Source: Myxococcales bacterium
GTDB taxonomy: Bacteria; Myxococcota_A; Bradymonadia; UBA7976; UBA1532
Assembly (NCBI GenBank): GCA_020633435.1
Contig: JACKDP010000002.1
Coordinates: 695,788 to 759,787 of the forward strand
DNA: 64,000 nucleotides
Direction: 5' to 3'
Below the pieces are notes generated by a model. It did not search any database. It was given only the letters and a program-made list of their open reading frames with translations, and had not been told where the DNA came from. Made by a program: the position numbers and the translations under genes. Positions 58,696 through 64,000 of this stretch are shown one piece after another. Numbering within the stretch: position 1 is the stretch's first letter; each line of letters starts with the position of its first letter.

Positions 58696-59432
58696 GGGCC
58701 TTCACGCACGCCTGGGCCGGTCTGCTCCCGCTCCTCGCTGGCCTCGCGGCCTGTGGCGGGGGTCCGATGGCCGCCATGGACGACACCCCGTACTTCGTGG
58801 CCCGGGGCCGCTACCCCGCCCGGGACAAGCTGCCGACGCTCACAGAGGACGCCGACCATGTGCTGCGGGGCCAGGGCTTCGTCGACATCGGCGCGCTCTA
58901 CGTGGATGGCGTCGGCACCGAGGAGGGCATCGAGAAGCTGCTGCGCGCGGCCGCTGCGCGGCGAGGGGCCGACCGCGTCCAGGTGCTGCGGCGGGGGCCG
59001 GGCTTCCTGCCGAAGGCCCAGCGATCCATCGGCGGGGTGCTGTGGCGGCAGGGCGCGGCCCCCGACTGGGAGACGCCGGCGCCGGCCCCGGCAGCGCAGA
59101 TCCGGGACCTCGAGGCCAGCCCGGTGACGACGTCGATCGAGACGCTGGACGTCGAGTGCCGCGCCGGCCGGCTGGTGGCCTGCGCGACCATCGCCGCGAG
59201 CCTCGCGCGGGCGCCTGGCCTGCTGGGCAAGCGGGTCTGGTCGGAGCGGTTCGGCGACTACCTCGTGCTGGTGCTGCACCTGGCGCAGTGGCACTGCGAG
59301 CGCGGTGATGCGATCCCGGCGTGCCGGTATGGGGCGCAGATCACGACGGACGCGGCGCAGGCGGCCGACCTGGCCCGGCGTGGGTGCGAGGCGGGGGACC
59401 AGGTGGCGTGCGGGCTGGTGGGGCCGAAGTAG
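58692..59432 (+). CDS. hypothetical lipoprotein
   Basis: ATGA overlap with the upstream gene. LAGLAACGGG lipobox. Cys pairs in the C-terminal half. Confidence 0.6.
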   Translation: MRAFTHAWAGLLPLLAGLAACGGGPMAAMDDTPYFVARGRYPARDKLPTLTEDADHVLRGQGFVDIGALYVDGVGTEEGIEKLLRAAAARRGADRVQVLRRGPGFLPKAQRSIGGVLWRQGAAPDWETPAPAPAAQIRDLEASPVTTSIETLDVECRAGRLVACATIAASLARAPGLLGKRVWSERFGDYLVLVLHLAQWHCERGDAIPACRYGAQITTDAAQAADLARRGCEAGDQVACGLVGPK

Positions 59433-59571
59433 AGGGCGGCCGCGCCTCTGGTCAGCATGCGGGGGCCCGCCGACACGGCCGCTCAGGGAGCGCCTTGTGG
59501 GATCGGGCACCTGCCTGTCGGGCTTGACCCTTGACCCAGCCCCCTGCGGCTGGCGAGGGTGCGGGCAGGCG

Positions 59572-60663
59572 ATGCGGGGGGTCGGCGGCGTGCAGAGGTG
59601 GTGGGTGCTCGCGCTGGGCTTGCTCGGCTGCGACGACGGCCGGCAGGCGGTCATGCCGGCGGATGCGGTGACCAATGCCGCGGTCGACGCCGTGGCCGAC
59701 GCGACGGCGGACGCGGGGCTGGATGCAGGCACGTTGGCTGACCAGGGGGTGGCCGACGCCGCTGTCGATGCTCGCGTCGCCGATGCGACAGCGGACGCCC
59801 TGCTGGACGCGACGCTGGAGCCGCCTGACGCTGCGCCTTTGCCAGCGTGCCCTGCCTTCGGGGAGCCGGTCGCGCTGGGCAGCGTCGCGGTCGGGGAGGT
59901 CTGGGAGGCGAGCGGGGTGGTGGAGAGCCGCCGGGCGCGTGACGTGCTGTGGCTGCACAATGACTCGGGAGACACCGCGCGGCTCTTCGCGGTGACGACG
60001 GCGGGCGTGGGGCTGGGGGTGTTCACGCTGGACGCGCCGAGGCCGGTGGACTGGGAGGATGTGGCCGTCGGGCCAGGGCCGGAGGCGGGTCAGAGCTACC
60101 TGTACATCGGGGACATCGGGGACAACTTGCGGGTGCGGGAGACGCTGCGAGTCTACCGGGTGGCGGAGCCCGTCGTGGATGGGCGAGACGCGAGCATCGG
60201 GGGCGTGGAGGTCTTCCAGCTCGTCTACCCCGATGGCCCCCATGACTGCGAGACGCTGATGGTCGATCCGCGCTCGGGGGATGTCTTCCTGGTGGTCAAG
60301 TCGGCGGATGGCGTGTCGCCGGTCTTCCGCGCGCGGGCGCCGCTGCATGAGGGGGCGAACGCGCTGGAGGAGGTGGCCCGGCTGACGTTCGGGGCCGAGC
60401 CGCTGCCCGGGGGGACGCTGACGACGGGTGGGGACATCTCGGCGTCGGGGGACGCGGTGATAATTCGGACGTACGGGTCGGCATATCTGTGGCGGCGGGG
60501 GCCCGGGAAGTCGGTGGCCGAGGCGCTGGCGACGCCGCCATGCCGGTTGCCGCTGGCGCGGGAGCCCCAGGGGGAGGCCATCGGGTTCGCGGCAGACGGG
60601 CGGGGGTTCTTCACGGTCAGCGAGCAGGCCGAGCAGCCCATCTACTTCTCGCCGAGGCGATGA
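59572..60663 (+). CDS. lipoprotein, possibly an SdiA-regulated/phytase-like beta-propeller fold
   Basis: VLALGLLGC lipobox with Asp/Ala-rich linker. LWLHNDSGD...LYIGDIGDN...IRTYGSAYLW motifs. Confidence 0.5.
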   Translation: MRGVGGVQRWWVLALGLLGCDDGRQAVMPADAVTNAAVDAVADATADAGLDAGTLADQGVADAAVDARVADATADALLDATLEPPDAAPLPACPAFGEPVALGSVAVGEVWEASGVVESRRARDVLWLHNDSGDTARLFAVTTAGVGLGVFTLDAPRPVDWEDVAVGPGPEAGQSYLYIGDIGDNLRVRETLRVYRVAEPVVDGRDASIGGVEVFQLVYPDGPHDCETLMVDPRSGDVFLVVKSADGVSPVFRARAPLHEGANALEEVARLTFGAEPLPGGTLTTGGDISASGDAVIIRTYGSAYLWRRGPGKSVAEALATPPCRLPLAREPQGEAIGFAADGRGFFTVSEQAEQPIYFSPRR

Positions 60664-60972
60664 GGCCTGGGGCGTGGCCCAGCGATTTCTTCGTCGTTTC
60701 AGGACGTTGGCGCCCGGCACCGGGCGCCAGTCGATGACCGAGTATGTCTTGGGGAGGGTGTTCGGCAGCAGGCAGGCTGGAACTGACGAGGGGGGCGGGA
60801 GGGGCTGTGGGGGGTCTCGGCGGGTGGCTCTGGCTCGGCGGGGTGCCTGGAGGTCGCGGCCCGGCTGCCGACCAGCCCGGCCGGCCCACCTGTCCCAGCC
60901 TCCAGGCGCAGCTCGCCCTCTGCGCTCCCACCAGGCGCCACCGCCGCTCGACTCAGCGCGCGTCCACCACGA

Positions 60973-61926
60973 TCACCCGCTGCCCCGCCAGAGGGTCTTC
61001 CTCGCATGCGACGGCGGGATCGTCCCCGGCGGGAACGGGATCAGCGGCCGGCTCGGGTCGGCGAGCCACTGCCAGTAGGCGATGTGCGCCTCCGTGTACG
61101 CCGCCTTCAGCGCGTCGTGGAGCTCGAGCCACTCGGCCTGCTGCGCCTTCGTGCCGTGCACGACGGGCGCGGGGCTGCGCTTGCGTGCCCGCGGGCGCGT
61201 CCATGGGTCGACGCGGCGCGCGGCTTCCGGGTCGGGGACGGGCAGGCCGGCCTTCTTGCGGCGCGGGCGGTGCTCGGCGGCGATGCCGTCGGCGAGCTCC
61301 CACATGAGCTGGCGGTGGGCGCGCGGGGTGAGGTCGCCCAGGCCAGGCAGGCGGTCGAGGCGCACCGTGAGGGTCTCCGCGCGGCCGTTGGCGTGCCAGA
61401 AGGTGCCCCGCGCCGGCTCGCCCCGCAGCAGCGCGGGGTTGGAGCAGGCGAAGACGTCGTCGGCGGGGTGGCGGGACACCAGCTCGGCCGTGGCCTGGCC
61501 CATCAGGTACCGCATCCGGTCGAGCGCGTGAGCCAGCGAGACGACCTGGATGGCGTGGTTGGGGATGAGGAGCTGGCCCGTCCGGTCGTGGAACCGGTTG
61601 ATCCGCCTGGAGATCTCCCGGCACGTCCACTCGAGCAGCAGGCTCTTGTGCACCAGCTCGACGACGCCGATGAGCAGGTGCAGGTGGTTGGACATGAAGT
61701 AGTAGGCGTAGAGGTCGAAGTCGAACTCGAAGCCACCGGCCTCCCCCACCTTCTGCTGCGCCCGCCCCAGGATGCCGGTCACCAGGTCGACGACCTCGTG
61801 CTTCGGCGCGAGCAGGAAGAGGTCGTCGGTGACCTTGCAGGTGACCTCGAAGACGAGCACCTCCTGCCCGAGGCGGGGGCTGATGAAGCGGTGCTCGGCC
61901 ATCTCGATGCGCAGCGTGGCGGGCAT
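60973..61926 (-). CDS. HUH (Y1) transposase-family protein, IS200/IS605 TnpA or RAYT-like, with a C-terminal extension
   Basis: HUH motif SNHLHLLIG. Putative catalytic Tyr in RMRYLMGQ (Y-x3-Q helix). 317 aa. Upstream leader has locally low GC. Confidence 0.55.
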   Translation of the reverse strand: MPATLRIEMAEHRFISPRLGQEVLVFEVTCKVTDDLFLLAPKHEVVDLVTGILGRAQQKVGEAGGFEFDFDLYAYYFMSNHLHLLIGVVELVHKSLLLEWTCREISRRINRFHDRTGQLLIPNHAIQVVSLAHALDRMRYLMGQATAELVSRHPADDVFACSNPALLRGEPARGTFWHANGRAETLTVRLDRLPGLGDLTPRAHRQLMWELADGIAAEHRPRRKKAGLPVPDPEAARRVDPWTRPRARKRSPAPVVHGTKAQQAEWLELHDALKAAYTEAHIAYWQWLADPSRPLIPFPPGTIPPSHARKTLWRGSG

Positions 61927-62039
61927 GGGGGCGTCCTCCGGGCGATGGGGGCCTCCATTCCCTTCGGTCAGTCGCGGCGCGTGTCGCAGACTTTTTCCGA
62001 AGCTGTTGAACGTGAAGGGAAAAAAGTCGGGGGCTGGCC

Positions 62040-64000
62040 TCAGCGCCGGCGGCGCCGCAGGAGGACGAGCGCAGCGAGCAGCAGGATCGCCGGCGGCGGC
62101 CGGTCGTCCCCCACATCGCAGGTGCAGTCGCCGTTCTCCTGGGGGCTGGCCCCCGTGGTGCCGTCGAAGGCGGCGTCCACCAGGCCACGGTCGGTCGGCG
62201 CCTGGGCGTCGCCGGTGATGCTGGCGTCCACGGGCGGGCCGGCGTCGCGCGCGGGCTGGGCGTCCTCGATGGCCGCGTCTTCCACCGCCGCGTCCTCGGG
62301 CAGGCCCGCGTCCTCGATGGTGCCCGCGTCGACGCCGCCGTCCGGGGTGCCCGGGTCGCCGTCCAGCACGCACTCGCCCCCGACCTCACGGCTGCCTTCC
62401 GCGCAGCACGCGGCCTCAACGCAGCCGCGGCCACCGCAGTCGGCCACCCGCTCCTCGACCTCGTAGCAGCTCGACAGCGAGAAGACGTCGCCGCCCTCGC
62501 AGCCCAGCCGCGCCCCCGCCACGCACTCGCAGTCGCCCTGCTCGGGCATGCAGAGGCCCTCGCCCCCCTCGCCGGCCTGGCAGACGGTGCCGTTGGCGCA
62601 GAGCTCACCCGCGCACGCGACCACGCAGTGCCGGCCCGAGGGGAACTCGACGCACTTGTTGTCGCCGGCCCCGCAGTCGGCGTCGATCTGGCACGCGGCG
62701 CAGACCGTGATGCGGCAGGCGTCATCGATGCACCCCTCGCCCGGGCCGCAGTCGGCGTCGGCGTGGCAGCACCCGGGCACCCGCTCCTGCGAGCAGCCCA
62801 CCGCGGGGTCGCACAGGCCCACCGTGCAGGCGTCCCCGTCCTCGCAGTCGACGTCCTGGCCCACGCAGACCTGGTCCACGCAGGTGTCTCCCTGCGTGCA
62901 GGCGTTGCCGTCATCGCAGGCCCCCACGAGGTCCTCGCTCTGGCAGACCCCCGCGACGCAGACGTCCCGGGTGCAGGCGTTGCCATCCTCGCAGACCATC
63001 GGGGTGCCACCGCAGGCGCCGCCGCCACACCGGTCGTCCAGCGTGCAGGCGTCGCCGTCGTCGCACGGGTCGTTGTTGGGCTCGAACAGGCAGCGCCCGT
63101 TGGGCCCGCACGAGTCCGTCGTGCAGGGGTTGTTGTCGTCGCAGTCCGGGCACGCCATGCAGTTGGGGAACCCGCCGAACCCCGGGGCGCACGCGTCGCA
63201 GGCGTCGCCGACGATGTTGGGGCCGCAGGCGCAGACCGGCGCCTCGGCCGGACCACCGCACACCCCGGCCCCGTTGCAGGGGTTGGCCGCGCCGCCGGGG
63301 CACTCGCCGCACACGAAGCCATCCCCCAGGAAGCCCGGCGGGCACTCGCACTGGAAGCCGCCCGGCGTGTTGGTGCAGATGCCGTCGGCGTCGCAGGGCG
63401 AGTTCAGGCACTCGTCGACGTCCCGGCACAGGCGCCCGTTGCCGAAGTAGCCCGGGTTGCACTCGCAGATGAAGCTGCCGGGGACGTTGGTGCACGTCGC
63501 GTTGGCGTCGCAGAGGCCCCGCGCGCACTCGTCGTCGTCCACGCAGGTCAGGCCGTCGCCCACATAGCCGCGCTGGCAGGTGCAGGCGAAGCTGCCGTCC
63601 CGGTTCTCGCAGGTGGCGTGCGGATCGCACGGGTCGTCCTGGCACTCGTCCACGTCCACGCAGACGAAGCCATCGCCCACATAGCCCGGGGCACAGGCGC
63701 AGTCGAAGGCGCCGGGCCGGTTGGTGCACAGGGCGTGCGGGCCGCAGGCGTTGGCCGCGCACTCGTCGATGTCGGCGCAGGCGAAGCCATCCCCCTCGAA
63801 GCCGGGCTCGCAGGTGCACTCGAAGCCGCCGGGGGTGTTCTCGCAGGTCGCCATGGGATCGCACGGCCCCGCCGCGCACTCGTCGATGTCGTCGCAGGTG
63901 ATGCCGTCGCCGACGAAGCCCTGCGGGCACGCGCGGAACGCCACCGTCAGCGTCGGCCGCCGCCCCGGATCCCGGGCCTCGGAGGCCGCGAAGTGCCACT
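62040..64000 (-). CDS. secreted protein with at least 5 Ca-binding EGF-like domains, CxDGNACTxDxC-type repeats and a MYXO-CTERM sorting signal. The 5' end lies outside the window
   Basis: DIDECAAGPCDPMATCENTPGGFECTCEPGFEGDGFAC repeated 5 times (cbEGF consensus D-x-D-E-C). C-terminus GDCTCDVGDDRPPPAILLLAALVLLRRRRR. The reading frame is open to the window edge. Confidence 0.75.
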   Translation of the reverse strand, partial: WHFAASEARDPGRRPTLTVAFRACPQGFVGDGITCDDIDECAAGPCDPMATCENTPGGFECTCEPGFEGDGFACADIDECAANACGPHALCTNRPGAFDCACAPGYVGDGFVCVDVDECQDDPCDPHATCENRDGSFACTCQRGYVGDGLTCVDDDECARGLCDANATCTNVPGSFICECNPGYFGNGRLCRDVDECLNSPCDADGICTNTPGGFQCECPPGFLGDGFVCGECPGGAANPCNGAGVCGGPAEAPVCACGPNIVGDACDACAPGFGGFPNCMACPDCDDNNPCTTDSCGPNGRCLFEPNNDPCDDGDACTLDDRCGGGACGGTPMVCEDGNACTRDVCVAGVCQSEDLVGACDDGNACTQGDTCVDQVCVGQDVDCEDGDACTVGLCDPAVGCSQERVPGCCHADADCGPGEGCIDDACRITVCAACQIDADCGAGDNKCVEFPSGRHCVVACAGELCANGTVCQAGEGGEGLCMPEQGDCECVAGARLGCEGGDVFSLSSCYEVEERVADCGGRGCVEAACCAEGSREVGGECVLDGDPGTPDGGVDAGTIEDAGLPEDAAVEDAAIEDAQPARDAGPPVDASITGDAQAPTDRGLVDAAFDGTTGASPQENGDCTCDVGDDRPPPAILLLAALVLLRRRRR

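Noticed and set aside
60953-63322. 789-aa minus-strand ORF overlapping the transposase-like gene and the EGF gene
   Set aside because: Ala/Thr/Arg-rich off-frame translation. The real genes there are 60973-61926 and 62040-64000 in other frames.

Overview
This is a 64 kb window of very high-GC (about 70-72%) chromosomal DNA. It is almost certainly from a myxobacterium (Myxococcota): several products end in MYXO-CTERM sorting signals, one carries Myxococcus cysteine-rich repeats (CGDGxxxxxExCDDGN), there are many lipoprotein signal peptides, and there are multiple Ser/Thr-kinase and sigma-54 enhancer-binding-protein genes. I saw no rRNA, tRNA or CRISPR. Coding density is high and I call about 48 CDSs.

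Main contents, in order:
- 187-6385: a translationally coupled operon of two vWA-domain lipoproteins plus a lipoprotein with repeated PPC-like domains.
- 7694-12317: a signalling cluster with an FHA-GAF-sigma54 activator, a membrane protein and an Hanks-type Ser/Thr kinase.
- 12365-14606: LPS-core-type glycosyltransferases (GT4 and GT9 heptosyltransferase) followed by an orphan receiver domain.
- 14616-18449: PrkA serine kinase with a DUF4398-like protein and an OmpA-family lipoprotein.
- 20153-28497: a class V aminotransferase, a tandem LAS/M15 peptidase with peptidoglycan-binding domains, a Kelch lipoprotein, and a roughly 1400-aa modular exoprotein (Myxo Cys repeats, an embedded M19 dipeptidase domain, and 13 tandem Cys-rich repeats including near-identical 270-bp DNA duplicates).
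- 28589-41768: a ferritin-like (DUF455-like) protein with an ATP-grasp-like C-terminus, a BI-1/YccA homologue, two paralogous small lipoproteins plus a di-iron ferritin-like protein, a NYN-LOTUS protein, an ASPIC/UnbV FG-GAP lipoprotein, a class I/II aminotransferase and a fused 2-oxoacid dehydrogenase E1 alpha/beta.
- 41948-46764: an 1100-aa exoprotein combining TSP3, MopE-like, Kazal and Kunitz domains, then an NtrC-type sigma-54 response regulator.
- 46765-47800: a roughly 1 kb low-GC islet encoding a Cys-rich secreted ORF.
- 47809-53412: two divergent Cys-rich lipoproteins, then a PA2779/PA2778-like C39 cysteine-peptidase operon.
- 53413-57705: a roughly 4 kb lower-GC insertion carrying a STAND (NACHT-like P-loop plus pentapeptide-repeat) NTPase and a divergently transcribed partner gene. 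It sits between a gene and a degraded duplicate of that gene's own 3' end. This is my best candidate for a novel system and may be an antiphage defence.
- 57820-64000: three lipoproteins, an HUH (IS200/RAYT-like) transposase-family gene, and a partial gene for a Ca-binding-EGF protein with MYXO-CTERM.

One recurring technical observation: at least five secreted-protein genes show a single-base frame break inside G/C-homopolymer-rich low-complexity linkers. A sixth site shows a compensated indel pair. This pattern suggests systematic indel errors in the assembly rather than true pseudogenes. Two smaller remarks: ATGA/GTGA start-stop overlaps (translational coupling) are unusually frequent, and at one point (around 35.7 kb) my hand-indexing of the printed text disagreed with the ORF-track coordinates by 1 nt, so feature coordinates follow the ORF track.
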